Shown here one piece after another: positions 17,488 through 27,601 of a DNA stretch of 30,928 bases. Within the stretch, counting starts at the first letter, position 1. Every line of letters begins with the position of its first letter. The notes beneath the pieces were generated by a model. That model searched no databases. It saw only the letters and a program-made list of their open reading frames with translations, and was not told the DNA's origin. Source of the stretch: Elusimicrobiales bacterium (lineage in GTDB: Bacteria > Elusimicrobiota > Elusimicrobia > Elusimicrobiales > UBA9959); contig JBMFKQ010000019.1 of assembly GCA_049972095.1 (NCBI GenBank), forward strand, positions 1-30,928, given 5' to 3'. The position numbers and the translations under genes were made by a program.

Positions 17488-17867
17488 AAATGCTTATAGC
17501 AGACGATGATCTTGATGTAGCTGAACTTATAAAAAACTTTTTTACAGCAAATAACTTTGACTGCGATGTGGTCTATAATGGAAGAGACGCACTATCAAAG
17601 ATAAAGGAGAAGAAATACGATGTAATACTACTTGATGTAATGATGCCTTATATTGATGGCTACCACATTGCTTATGAGATATCAAATCATCAAGGAGATG
17701 AAACACCTCTAATAGTCATTCTCACAGCACGTGATATTCAGTTTGAAAAAAACATAGCAAGAATGAGTGGTGCTTTCGAGATAATCCAAAAACCATTTAA
17801 TCTTGATAATCTACTTTCAATTGTAAAAAGAGGGCTTGAAGAAAGGTCAAAAAAGGAGGAGGAATGA
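17472..17867 (+). CDS. single-domain response regulator (receiver only)
   Basis: LIADDD, LLDVMMP (phospho-Asp), LTA, KPF; no output domain. Confidence 0.92.
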   Translation: MENSIKMLIADDDLDVAELIKNFFTANNFDCDVVYNGRDALSKIKEKKYDVILLDVMMPYIDGYHIAYEISNHQGDETPLIVILTARDIQFEKNIARMSGAFEIIQKPFNLDNLLSIVKRGLEERSKKEEE

Positions 17868-19069
17868 ATGCAATAAAAGAGAAGCTTTCATTCGTTGATG
17901 AGGAGATAGAAAATCTAAAGAAGGAAAACAGATTTTTAACACCAAGGACACTTAACTCTGCCCAGATGCCTGTTGCATTAATAGATGGTAAAAAAGTTAT
18001 CAATCTCACATCAAACAACTATCTTGCTATGGCAAACAATCCTGATGTTAAAAAAGCTGCAATAGATGCCATAAAAAAATACGGGGTTGGGACAGCCGCG
18101 GTAAGAACAATAATAGGAACTATGGATATACACCTTGAGCTTGAAAAGAGGTTTGCTAAATTCAAAAATACTGAAGCGGCAATCCTTTTTCAGTCAGGTT
18201 TTACAACGAATGTTGCAGTATGTCAGACACTTATGTCAAGCGAAAATGATCTACTTATATCAGATGAGTTAAATCACGCATCAATAATTGATGGAGCAAG
18301 GCTTGCAAAATCCCCAAGAATGATATACAGACACTGCGATATGAAACACCTCAAAGAGATACTTGAAAGCGAACAATCAAGGAAAGCAAGAAGAAAACTT
18401 ATTGTTACTGATGGTGTTTTTTCTATGGATGGTGATATTGCACCTTTACCTGAAATAGTAGAACTTGCAAATAAATATAATGCCATAGTGATGGTTGATG
18501 ATGCTCATGCAAGCGGAGTTCTTGGAAAGCAAGGAAGGGGAACAGTAAATCATTTTGGTCTGGATGGAAAGGTTGAGATACAGATAGGCACACTATCAAA
18601 GGCATTTGCAGCAGTTGGGGGATATGCAGCAACAACAAAGAGGCTAAGAGATTATTTAGGCTCTGTTGCAAGACCATTTCTTTTTTCAAGCTCCCAGCCA
18701 CCTTCAGTTGCTGCAACATGTATAAAAATACTTGAGATTCTTTTGAAAGAACCAAAATATCTAAAGCAGCTATGGGATAACACAAGATTTTTTAAAGAGG
18801 AGCTTAAAAAAGCAGGTTTTGACACAGGAAATAGCATAACCCCCATAACTCCAATTATGGTATATGACTCCTCAAAGGCTATCAAGTTTTCAAATATGCT
18901 TTTTGATGAGGGAGTTTTTGCATTATCAATAGTATATCCAACAGTTCCAAAAGGAAAGGAAAGGCTTAGAACAATAGTCACTGCAGGACACACATTTAAG
19001 GACCTTGAGTTTGCAGTATCAAAATTTATAAAGATTGGTAGAAAACTTGGAATAATAGAAAGAAAGTGA
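17864..19069 (+). CDS. kbl: PLP-dependent alpha-oxoamine synthase (glycine C-acetyltransferase Kbl / BioF-like)
   Basis: SNNYL, SDELNHASIIDG, TDGVFSMDG, DDAH, GTLSKA; Kbl versus BioF not resolvable from motifs alone. Confidence 0.88.
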   Translation: MNAIKEKLSFVDEEIENLKKENRFLTPRTLNSAQMPVALIDGKKVINLTSNNYLAMANNPDVKKAAIDAIKKYGVGTAAVRTIIGTMDIHLELEKRFAKFKNTEAAILFQSGFTTNVAVCQTLMSSENDLLISDELNHASIIDGARLAKSPRMIYRHCDMKHLKEILESEQSRKARRKLIVTDGVFSMDGDIAPLPEIVELANKYNAIVMVDDAHASGVLGKQGRGTVNHFGLDGKVEIQIGTLSKAFAAVGGYAATTKRLRDYLGSVARPFLFSSSQPPSVAATCIKILEILLKEPKYLKQLWDNTRFFKEELKKAGFDTGNSITPITPIMVYDSSKAIKFSNMLFDEGVFALSIVYPTVPKGKERLRTIVTAGHTFKDLEFAVSKFIKIGRKLGIIERK

Positions 19070-20718
19070 TAGATATAAGGGTAGCAGAAAGCGCAGGTTT
19101 TTGTCCGGGTGTAAATGCTGCAATAGAAAAAGTAATTGAGCTTGCCTCAAATGGAAATAAAAGGATATATACCCTTGGACAGCTTATTCATAATAATGAT
19201 ATAATAAAAGAGCTTGAAAAAAGAGGGATAAAAGCAATAGATGATCCGCTGCAGATAACAGATCCACAAAACTCAATTCTTGTAATAAGGGCTCATGGAA
19301 TCCCACCAGAAGTTGAAGAAGAAATAAGATCAAAAAATATTGAAATAGTTGATGCAACCTGCCCGCTTGTTAAAAAAGTTCACAAAATAATAACTGAATA
19401 TAGGAAAAAAGGTTATAGAACCGTAATCTTTGGTGATCATAAACATGCTGAGGTTATAGGACTCAAAGGGTATGCAGGAGACGATGGAATAGTGGTATCA
19501 TCAATTGAAGAGGTAGAAAAACTTCCTTTTATGGAGAAGGTAAATTTTGTATCGCAGACCACTCAACAAGAGGAGATATTCATAGAGGCTGCAAAAATTC
19601 TTCAGAAAAAAACTAAGGATCTGGTTATCTCAGATACAATATGCCAGCCAACCAAAAAAAGACAGAAAGAGACAATAGCTCTTGCAAAAGAATCAGATCT
19701 AACAATAGTTGTTGGTGGAAAACACTCAGCAAATACAAAAAGGCTTTTTGATATATGTTCAAGACTTAGCAAAAAAGTAATTCTTGTAGAGGATGAATTA
19801 GAGATCTCATCGGATATACTTGATGGAGTTAAAACTGTATTTATAACAGCAGGTGCATCAACTCCAAGATGGATTGTAGAAAAGGTAATAGATAAAATAA
19901 AGAGTTTAGCTTTGAAAAAAAATTTCTTTTATGAATTTATAAACTTTTTTACATCCGCCGGGCTTTTTGGACTTTTCTCATTTTCAGGTATAATGATACT
20001 TTCACTCAAGATTCTTAAAGCAGATCTAAAAACAAACCACATAATCTCATCCGTCTTTGCCTTGATTTTTGCACATCTAATAAACAGAATATCATACACA
20101 CGCGAAGAGGATCTTAAAAAAATGATTATTCTAAAACATTTAAAAACTGCAAAGCTTCTTATGTATCTACTTCCAGCTATTTCTTTAATTCTTTCACTGC
20201 CAAATCTAAAATTCTTTCTTGCAATTTTTCTTTTTATAATTCTATCAATAATCTACAAAAAAAAATATCCAAAGACTACTATATCAAAAAAACTTATTCT
20301 TCCAATTGGCTGGATTTACATATATAGTGCAGTGCCTATGATATACTCAAAGCATTATGATTTCTTATTGATAGCTTTCAACATTGCCTTCATCTTATCA
20401 CTTGCTATTATAAGAACAGAGATATTTGAAACCTTATATCTTCATAGTGATCTGATATCCAAAGAGAAAAAATCACGAAAGTTTTATTCATCTCTTCCCC
20501 TGAAATTTATAGTCCTATGTCTAATATCTATGTTGATACTTTTAACCCCAACTATTAATATTGAAAGAGAGCTTAAGATTTATTGGCTGTTTGCATTTAT
20601 GTATCTCATCCTGATGTTTAGATACATAATCTCAAAAAAACTGCCTTACACAACCTATATGGAAGTTGCTGTTGATATTCCCTTTGCAGGATTATTAGTT
20701 TATTTTATTATGTTTTAA
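19066..20718 (+). CDS. ispH: 4-hydroxy-3-methylbut-2-enyl diphosphate reductase fused to a C-terminal multi-TM (UbiA-like) domain
   Basis: GFCPGV, LIHN, RAHG, DATCP, HAEV, DTIC, SANT, AGASTP in the first ~280 aa; the remaining ~270 aa is hydrophobic; GTG start. Confidence 0.92.
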   Translation: MIDIRVAESAGFCPGVNAAIEKVIELASNGNKRIYTLGQLIHNNDIIKELEKRGIKAIDDPLQITDPQNSILVIRAHGIPPEVEEEIRSKNIEIVDATCPLVKKVHKIITEYRKKGYRTVIFGDHKHAEVIGLKGYAGDDGIVVSSIEEVEKLPFMEKVNFVSQTTQQEEIFIEAAKILQKKTKDLVISDTICQPTKKRQKETIALAKESDLTIVVGGKHSANTKRLFDICSRLSKKVILVEDELEISSDILDGVKTVFITAGASTPRWIVEKVIDKIKSLALKKNFFYEFINFFTSAGLFGLFSFSGIMILSLKILKADLKTNHIISSVFALIFAHLINRISYTREEDLKKMIILKHLKTAKLLMYLLPAISLILSLPNLKFFLAIFLFIILSIIYKKKYPKTTISKKLILPIGWIYIYSAVPMIYSKHYDFLLIAFNIAFILSLAIIRTEIFETLYLHSDLISKEKKSRKFYSSLPLKFIVLCLISMLILLTPTINIERELKIYWLFAFMYLILMFRYIISKKLPYTTYMEVAVDIPFAGLLVYFIMF

Positions 20719-20734
20719 GTTTTAACTATTTTTT

Positions 20735-20759
20735 ATATCTTAAAATTTTTATAAGATAT
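20735..20759. promoter_or_regulatory. 8-bp inverted repeat (weak terminator or operator upstream of the hydrogenase operon)
   Basis: ATATCTTA-N9-TAAGATAT followed by a T run; very AT-rich. Confidence 0.3.
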
Positions 20760-20804
20760 TTTTAGAGATTTAAACAGTAAATAAAAAATAAGAGAGGCAA
20801 GAGG

Positions 20805-22238
20805 ATGGAAAAATTGTTGATCTCAACAGTAGGAATAGGAGTTATCGGCCCTTTCACACTTCCTGTGTTCGCAAAAAGATCAGAAGAACTCAGGAATGCC
20901 GCAGCAGTTATAATGAGCGGGCTATTGTTTATATTTAACTGCATAATAATGCAAAACAGCTTTTCATTAGATTGGCAGGCTATAAACTTTAAATCTCTGC
21001 CACTTATGAACCTTACCTTTAAAATTGACGCTCTTTCTGCTTTTATGGCAACGGTATCCTCCTTAACAACCCTTGTGATAATGATATACTCCCTCGATTA
21101 TATCTCTCACTACGATAATAGAACCGAGTATTATACAATGGTTCTTCTCTTTGCAGGTGCAATGATGGGACTTGTATACACAACTAATCTTATTTGGATG
21201 TATATATTTTGGGAGATCACTGCTTTTGTTTCATGGAGACTTGTTGGTTTTTTCCGCTATGATAAAGATATACTCAAAGCAAACAAAACCATACTTGTAA
21301 CGGTTTTTGGGGCAATAGTTATGCTTGTGGGAATACTTTATATAGGACTTTCCTATAACACATTAGATATGATGGAATTAAGAGGAAAAGAAATTGCTAT
21401 CATTCCATCGCTCTTGATATTAGCAGGTATTTTTTCAAAATCAGCCATACTACCATTTTCAACATGGCTACCTGATGCAGGTGTTGCTCCAGCAACAGTC
21501 ACATCCCTTCTTCATGCTGCTGTTCTTGTCAAGATAGGGACATTTGCTTATGCAAAGCTATTTGGAACAATCTTCCTGCCATCACTTACATTCAGCTATA
21601 TCACTCTTATAATAGCTGCAATAACAGCAGTTGTATCAGGTGGGGCTGCACTTATTGACACAGATATAAAAAGAATAATAGCATATTCAACGGTAAGCCA
21701 ATTATGTTTTATATTTCTTGGTCTTGCAGCGGGCACAAAAGCAGCATTTTCCGGTGCTGTTCTCTACATACTTATGCACAGCGTAGCAAAGGCAGCCCTT
21801 TTCTTATGCGCAGGAATAATAGAACAGAAGACCCACACAAAAGACATAACAAAGATGGGAGGTCTTGTTAAAACTATGCCGTTAACCGCGCTTGCCTTTG
21901 CATTATCATCCTTCTCTATAATGGGACTTCCACCATTCGGAGGTTTTTTTGCAAAATTTCTTGTTATAAAAGCAGCGATTGAAACAAATGATATAATTAT
22001 TATTTTCCTATTTTTTATTGGAGCAATTCTCACGGTTCTTTACCTTTCAAGACTTTTCTACAAAGTCTTTCTTGGGAATGAAAAGCTAAACAATCCTGAG
22101 GAAGGAAGCTCTACTATGATAGCCTCAGTTCTTTTTCTTGCCTTTTTAGGGCTGCTTCTGGGAATAATGATATCATATCCATCCTCTTATGCTGAGATGA
22201 TAGCAAACACACTTTATAACGGAGGAATTTCAAGATGA
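20805..22238 (+). CDS. hydrogenase antiporter-like membrane subunit (NuoL/MrpA-D family)
   Basis: FWEI, KSAILPFSTWLPDA, LHAA, AYSTVSQ, HSVAKAALF, GLPPFGGFFAK. Confidence 0.9.
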   Translation: MEKLLISTVGIGVIGPFTLPVFAKRSEELRNAAAVIMSGLLFIFNCIIMQNSFSLDWQAINFKSLPLMNLTFKIDALSAFMATVSSLTTLVIMIYSLDYISHYDNRTEYYTMVLLFAGAMMGLVYTTNLIWMYIFWEITAFVSWRLVGFFRYDKDILKANKTILVTVFGAIVMLVGILYIGLSYNTLDMMELRGKEIAIIPSLLILAGIFSKSAILPFSTWLPDAGVAPATVTSLLHAAVLVKIGTFAYAKLFGTIFLPSLTFSYITLIIAAITAVVSGGAALIDTDIKRIIAYSTVSQLCFIFLGLAAGTKAAFSGAVLYILMHSVAKAALFLCAGIIEQKTHTKDITKMGGLVKTMPLTALAFALSSFSIMGLPPFGGFFAKFLVIKAAIETNDIIIIFLFFIGAILTVLYLSRLFYKVFLGNEKLNNPEEGSSTMIASVLFLAFLGLLLGIMISYPSSYAEMIANTLYNGGISR

Positions 22239-24091
22239 ACGAAACAACCCCAATCATTTTAATTCTGCTTATTCTTCCACTTATCACCGGTGTGCTTTTA
22301 CTCTTTATATCAGAAAAAACAAAGTACATCAGAGAGTTTTTTTCAATTATAGTGACAGCACTAAGCTTATTGGCTTGTATCAAGCTTTTCTCATTGCCAC
22401 AAGCTGAGCTAAGTGTAGAGTGGTTTTCTTCTTTCACATTAAAATTCAAAACAGACAACCTCTCAATATTTATTCTCTTTTCAGTCTCACTTTTTTCTTT
22501 CTTGATCTCTATATACTCCGTATCAATAAAGAATAAAGGCAGCTCAAAGATATTCTACTTTCTACTCTTAATAACACAAGCTGCATGTAGTGGTGCGGTG
22601 ATGAGTGATAGTCTTATAACTCTTTTGTTTTTCTGGGAGTCATTAATTATTCCTCTTTATCTTTTTATCTATATATCCTGCGATTCACCCCAAACAAAGC
22701 TAACAGCCTTAAAAACATTTCTCATAAATGGAATATCCGACATAGCAATGATGATAGGTATAGCGATAGTCTATTATATATCCTCTACATCCTCAATGGC
22801 AGAACTTTCCACAAACAAAATAGTAATGAGCGGATGGGGGACACTTTCATTCTTCCTTATATTAATAGGTAGTCTTACAAAAGCAGGTGCATTCCCATTT
22901 CATACCTGGATACCTCAAGCAGCTCTTTATTCAAACGCCCCTTTTATGGCATATATACCAGCAGCTATAGACAAACTGCTTGGGATATACTTTCTTGCGA
23001 GAATAACACTTTATATCTATCAAATAAACACTACAGTTCAGCTTATAATGATGAGCATTGGAGCAATAACAATAATAGCGGCGGTTATGATGGCTTTTAT
23101 ACAAAGCGACTACAAAAAGCTTCTCTCCTACCATGCTGTAAGTCAGACTGGCTATATGATCCTTGGAGTAAGCACACTTAACCCTGTAGGTATAGCAGGG
23201 GGGCTTTTTCACATGATAAATCATGCCACCTATAAATCCTGCCTGTTTATGACGGCGGGTTCAGTGGAGAGGCAAACTGGTATAAATGATATAACAAGGC
23301 TTGGAGGACTTTTTTCAAGAATGCCGATTACTGCCATATGTTTTATAATATCAGCAGCAGCAATATCCGGTATACCACCCCTTAATGGCTTTTTCTCAAA
23401 AGAGCTTGTATATAAAGGCTCTCTTATGACAGGTTATTCTATATTCTTTTATGCAGCAGAGATAGGCTCAATACTTACACTTGCCTCATTTTTAAAACTT
23501 GGACACAGCGTATTTTTTGGAAGAATATCTGAGGAGCTTAAAGGCACGAAAGAGGCACCAATATTAGTTATTGTGCCAATGATATCACTTGCAGCAATGT
23601 GTATAATATTTGGCTTTGGGGCTTATCTACCAATCTCAAAACTAATAGAGCCTTCAATAAACTCGCTTGGATACATCTCCTCAATGGAACTTTCAGGCTT
23701 CCATTTCGATAATCTCTTCCTTGTTTCACTTACAGTTATAATAGCTGCTCTTTCAAATCACATAATAGGATGGTCCCTTACAGGCAAGGCATCAAAGGCA
23801 TCAGATCACATTCACTATGCTCCAATACTTTGTAAGATATACGAATGGGCTGAGAAGGGGTATTTTGACCCCTATGTTTTATTCAGATATTTTTTTAGCT
23901 GGTTTTCAAGGATTCTCTTTAAAATTGACAGGGGCTTTGATTGGTTAATAGACTCATTCCCATCCTTTGTATCAGTAAACCTTTCAAGAACAGTTTCATC
24001 TATACACAGTGGTGTTTATAACTACTATATGCTTTCAATATTTATATTTGCTGCAATATACATATTATACCTTGGAGGAATAAAATGGTAG
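22235..24091 (+). CDS. hydrogenase antiporter-like membrane subunit (NuoL-like, long C-terminus)
   Basis: FWES, KAGAFPFHTWIP, YHAVSQ, NHATYKSCLF, GIPPLNGFFSKE. Confidence 0.9.
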   Translation: MNETTPIILILLILPLITGVLLLFISEKTKYIREFFSIIVTALSLLACIKLFSLPQAELSVEWFSSFTLKFKTDNLSIFILFSVSLFSFLISIYSVSIKNKGSSKIFYFLLLITQAACSGAVMSDSLITLLFFWESLIIPLYLFIYISCDSPQTKLTALKTFLINGISDIAMMIGIAIVYYISSTSSMAELSTNKIVMSGWGTLSFFLILIGSLTKAGAFPFHTWIPQAALYSNAPFMAYIPAAIDKLLGIYFLARITLYIYQINTTVQLIMMSIGAITIIAAVMMAFIQSDYKKLLSYHAVSQTGYMILGVSTLNPVGIAGGLFHMINHATYKSCLFMTAGSVERQTGINDITRLGGLFSRMPITAICFIISAAAISGIPPLNGFFSKELVYKGSLMTGYSIFFYAAEIGSILTLASFLKLGHSVFFGRISEELKGTKEAPILVIVPMISLAAMCIIFGFGAYLPISKLIEPSINSLGYISSMELSGFHFDNLFLVSLTVIIAALSNHIIGWSLTGKASKASDHIHYAPILCKIYEWAEKGYFDPYVLFRYFFSWFSRILFKIDRGFDWLIDSFPSFVSVNLSRTVSSIHSGVYNYYMLSIFIFAAIYILYLGGIKW

Positions 24092-25473
24092 CAGATCTCC
24101 TCTCTTACTCACTGATTCCATTGTTTGCTGCCCTTGCCATACCATTCTTTGCAAGAAAAGACCAAAGGTTTGTAATAATTCTTGCAAATGTCACTGTACT
24201 AAGCGGTCTTATAACCATAGGATATCTTCTTTTCACCATGCTATTAAAACCTGATATTCAACCCTTATCTGATCCGCTTTCAGTTTTCATGATATTCACC
24301 ATATACTGTGTTGCCATATGTATATCATTATTCTCATCATACTACGATATAGAAAAAGACACAAATCCGACTACTTATTACTCACTCATACTTCTCTCGC
24401 TTTCTGCAATGTCATCAATGGTTATAGTAAGAGACATCTTTACTCTCTATATATTTGTTGAAGCTGTTGCAGTATGCTCTTTTGCTCTCATAACATCAAA
24501 TACAAAATCCCAATCTCTTGAGGCTGCAATAAAATACTTCTTTCTTACATTTCCTGCATCTGTTTTAATAATACTTGGGATATCCCTTGTGCTTGCATCA
24601 CAAAAATCACTTGATTTTGAAATAATCTCCATATCAGCAAATACAATGACATTCATTGGACTTTCTTTTATAATTATTGGCTTTTTAATAAAAGCAGGGA
24701 TTGTTCCCTTCCACTTCTGGACCCCTGATGTATATCAGGGAGCTTACTCACCTGTATCAGCATATCTTGCAGGAATAATAACAAAGATATCAGGGCTTTA
24801 TGCTATCATAAAGATAATATCAGTAATGAAATTCTACACTGTTGAATATATATCATCCCTTCTAATATTCACATCTCTTTTGACAATAATTGTTGGAGCA
24901 TTTGGTGCAATGGTTCAAAGGGATATGAAAAGAATGCTTGCTTATTCAAGTATAAGTCAGATGGGCTACATTCTACTGGGGGCATCTACATTTTCAGCCC
25001 CAGGGATAATAGCAAGTGTGTTTCATCTCTTTAACCATGCAACATTTAAGACAATACTTTTCTTAAACTCTGCATGTATAGAAAAACAAGTTGGCACAAC
25101 CGATATGAGAGAGCTTAAAGGTCTTGAAAAGAGAATGCCAATAACATCATGGACGAGTGTAATAGCATCAATGTCAACAGCAGGAATACCACCTCTATCA
25201 GGATTCTGGAGCAAGATCCTTATTATAATAGCAGTATGGCAGACAGGCCACACAAGTGCTGCGGTAATAGCACTTATTGCAAGCATACTTACGCTTGGAT
25301 ACTTTGTTATAATGCAGAGAAATGTTTTCTTTGGAAAACTTCCTGAAAGGCTTGCAGAAATAAGAGAGGCAAAACCTCAGCTTTTAATCCCTGAGATCTT
25401 TATGAGCCTTATCATAATAATAGCAGGAATATGTGTGTCATACATATATTCTTATCTTGAAAAGATAACATGA
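24085..25473 (+). CDS. hydrogenase antiporter-like membrane subunit (NuoN/MrpD-like)
   Basis: EAAIKYF, KAGIVPFHFWTPDVY, AYSSISQMG, GIPPLSGFWSK. Confidence 0.9.
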   Translation: MVADLLSYSLIPLFAALAIPFFARKDQRFVIILANVTVLSGLITIGYLLFTMLLKPDIQPLSDPLSVFMIFTIYCVAICISLFSSYYDIEKDTNPTTYYSLILLSLSAMSSMVIVRDIFTLYIFVEAVAVCSFALITSNTKSQSLEAAIKYFFLTFPASVLIILGISLVLASQKSLDFEIISISANTMTFIGLSFIIIGFLIKAGIVPFHFWTPDVYQGAYSPVSAYLAGIITKISGLYAIIKIISVMKFYTVEYISSLLIFTSLLTIIVGAFGAMVQRDMKRMLAYSSISQMGYILLGASTFSAPGIIASVFHLFNHATFKTILFLNSACIEKQVGTTDMRELKGLEKRMPITSWTSVIASMSTAGIPPLSGFWSKILIIIAVWQTGHTSAAVIALIASILTLGYFVIMQRNVFFGKLPERLAEIREAKPQLLIPEIFMSLIIIIAGICVSYIYSYLEKIT

Positions 25474-25480
25474 TGGAGGA

Positions 25481-25978
25481 ATGATGATTCTCTATACCCT
25501 TATATATCTTGTAATAATAACAGCAGTTGTAGGGGCAGTGATATCAAAAAAACTCCTAAACTCAGCAATAATGCTTGCTATAGTAAGTATAGGGTTATCA
25601 CTTTTACTTTTTGCATACTCATCACCTTGGGCTGCAGTTTTTGAACTTTCTGTATGTGCAGGATTGATAACTGTTCTCTTTATAAGCGCAGTAAGTCTTG
25701 TTAAAAATGATAAAGAGCAACAAAAAGAAAAACAAATCAAATATTCAATCTTTCCGCTTATCTTAGCTGGTGCCGTGATACTTTCTTCAATATTCGTCCC
25801 TGAATACTTTGATAAACTCTCAGGATATGCTTCAACATATAAACAGTCTTCAGTATCAAAAATAGGCGATATAATATGGTTTGAAAGAGGAGTTGATATA
25901 ATTGGTCAGATAACAATTCTTGCTGGGGGTATATTTGCAATAAAGCATATCTTCCACAAACAGAAAGAGGAGGGATAA
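25481..25978 (+). CDS. membrane subunit, NuoJ/MrpB-like
   Basis: 5 hydrophobic segments, FELSVCAG, IW.ERG.D; SD GGAGG; operon position. Confidence 0.75.
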   Translation: MMILYTLIYLVIITAVVGAVISKKLLNSAIMLAIVSIGLSLLLFAYSSPWAAVFELSVCAGLITVLFISAVSLVKNDKEQQKEKQIKYSIFPLILAGAVILSSIFVPEYFDKLSGYASTYKQSSVSKIGDIIWFERGVDIIGQITILAGGIFAIKHIFHKQKEEG

Positions 25979-25981
25979 AAA

Positions 25982-26293
25982 ATGCCCAATACAAACTTTC
26001 CACTTGACTGGTTTTTTATAAGCATAATAATATTCTCTGGTGCTTACTGCATGATAGTCTCAAAAAACATCATAAAACTCTTAATAGGTTTTGAGATAAT
26101 ATCAAAGGCATCTATCATTGCAATCATAACTTCTGGATATATGACATCCAATATCAATCTTGCTCAAACAATAATAATATTGATGATACTCATAGAAGCT
26201 GTGGTTGTAGCAACAGGACTTGCACTTGTTGTAAAAAACTATAGAGTTAAGAAAAATGTTGATATAACAGATCTTTCAAATCTAAGGGGGTAA
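25982..26293 (+). CDS. membrane subunit, NuoK/MrpC-like
   Basis: 3 TM; KNIIKLLIGFEI, IEAVVVATGLAL, LSNLRG. Confidence 0.85.
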   Translation: MPNTNFPLDWFFISIIIFSGAYCMIVSKNIIKLLIGFEIISKASIIAIITSGYMTSNINLAQTIIILMILIEAVVVATGLALVVKNYRVKKNVDITDLSNLRG

Positions 26294-26294
26294 A

Positions 26295-26624
26295 ATGGAG
26301 ATACTTACATATCCTCCAATAACCTTTGTAATAAGTTTAATAGTAGTTCTTGGTGTAGGATCAATCCTAAAGGTTTTTGAGCTAAAAACCTCACCAAATC
26401 CTCAAAAAAGCAAAACCTATGCTTGTGGTGAGGATTTTCCAGCAGAAAAGATAATGCCAAGTTATGAAGAATTTTACCCTTATGCCATATTCTTTACAAT
26501 TTTGCATGTCGTAGCACTTATGCTTATGACCCTTTCTTTCTCTGACAGCATAACATTTATAGTACCTGCAATATATTCAATTATAATTGCAGTGATACTT
26601 GCAATAATATTCATAATAAGGTGA
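26295..26624 (+). CDS. membrane subunit, NuoA-like
   Basis: TM, loop KSKTYACGE, YAIFF, 2 further TM. Confidence 0.75.
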   Translation: MEILTYPPITFVISLIVVLGVGSILKVFELKTSPNPQKSKTYACGEDFPAEKIMPSYEEFYPYAIFFTILHVVALMLMTLSFSDSITFIVPAIYSIIIAVILAIIFIIR

Positions 26625-26628
26625 AGAT

Positions 26629-27069
26629 ATGAAACTAAAAGATAAAATAATACTATGGTCAAGGCTTAAATCACCATGGGTGATTCACTTCAATACAGGC
26701 GCATGCAATGGCTGCGATATAGAAATTCTTGATGCGCTCACTCCTAAATATGATCTTGAAAGATTCGGGATACTTCTAAAAGCTACACCGCGTCATGCTG
26801 ATGTTATGGTAGTGAGTGGTCCACTTACAAGACAGCAAGTAAAAAGATTAAAAAGGATATACGATCAGATGGCTGAGCCTAAATTTGTTCTTGCTGTTGG
26901 GACATGTGCCTGTTCAGGAGGTGTATTTGATGGATGCTATAACGTTGTTGGTGGTATAGATAAGGTGATACCTGTCTCGGCATACATACCGGGATGTCCT
27001 GCAAGACCAGAGGCAATAATAGATGCTGTAGTAAAGCTGATAACAACACTGGAAAAGTCAGCCAAATAA
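26629..27069 (+). CDS. group 4 [NiFe]-hydrogenase small subunit (NuoB-like)
   Basis: ACNGCDIE, PRHAD, GTCACSGG, IPGCPARP. Confidence 0.95.
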   Translation: MKLKDKIILWSRLKSPWVIHFNTGACNGCDIEILDALTPKYDLERFGILLKATPRHADVMVVSGPLTRQQVKRLKRIYDQMAEPKFVLAVGTCACSGGVFDGCYNVVGGIDKVIPVSAYIPGCPARPEAIIDAVVKLITTLEKSAK

Positions 27070-27109
27070 CAAGGCGAAACCCGATGTTTAGATTTAAGGA
27101 GGAGGAGTA

Positions 27110-27601
27110 ATGGAAACAAAAAGAGAAGAAGAGATAACAAGGGATATAAAAAGCAGATTTCCTGATATTGAACTTGCAGAGGTAAGAAGAGCAAGGCGTA
27201 TATGGGTTGATGTTAATGTAAATAACCTATTAGATCTTCTAAGATTTCTAAAAGAAAAAGGATTTTATCATCTCTCAACTATTAGTGGCTTTGATGAAGG
27301 GCAAAACCTTGGAGCAATATATCATATAACAGACTCATCCATTGTTATAAATGTCAGAGTAAGGGTTTCTAAAAATGAGCCAAATATTCCATCAGTTCTT
27401 GGGATATATCCATCAGCGACATCATATGAAAGAGAGATCGTTGATCTTTTTGGGATAACCGTGAAAGGGCTTCCACCAGGAAGAAACTATCCATTACCTG
27501 AAGGTTTTCCAAAAGGGGTCTATCCGCTTAGAAAGGATGTTAAACTTGATGAGCTTAACAAAATGCTTGATGAAAAATGTATGAAAGAGGAGGGAAAATG
27601 A
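27110..27601 (+). CDS. NuoC/EchD-like subunit
   Basis: HLSTISG, YERE..DLFG, YPLRKD; SD AGGAGGAGG. Confidence 0.9.
   Translation: METKREEEITRDIKSRFPDIELAEVRRARRIWVDVNVNNLLDLLRFLKEKGFYHLSTISGFDEGQNLGAIYHITDSSIVINVRVRVSKNEPNIPSVLGIYPSATSYEREIVDLFGITVKGLPPGRNYPLPEGFPKGVYPLRKDVKLDELNKMLDEKCMKEEGK

Noticed and set aside
27070..27109. Riboswitch-like GGCGAAACCCG in the spacer after the small subunit
   Set aside because: Only 40 nt including the SD, with a weak stem and no complete aptamer
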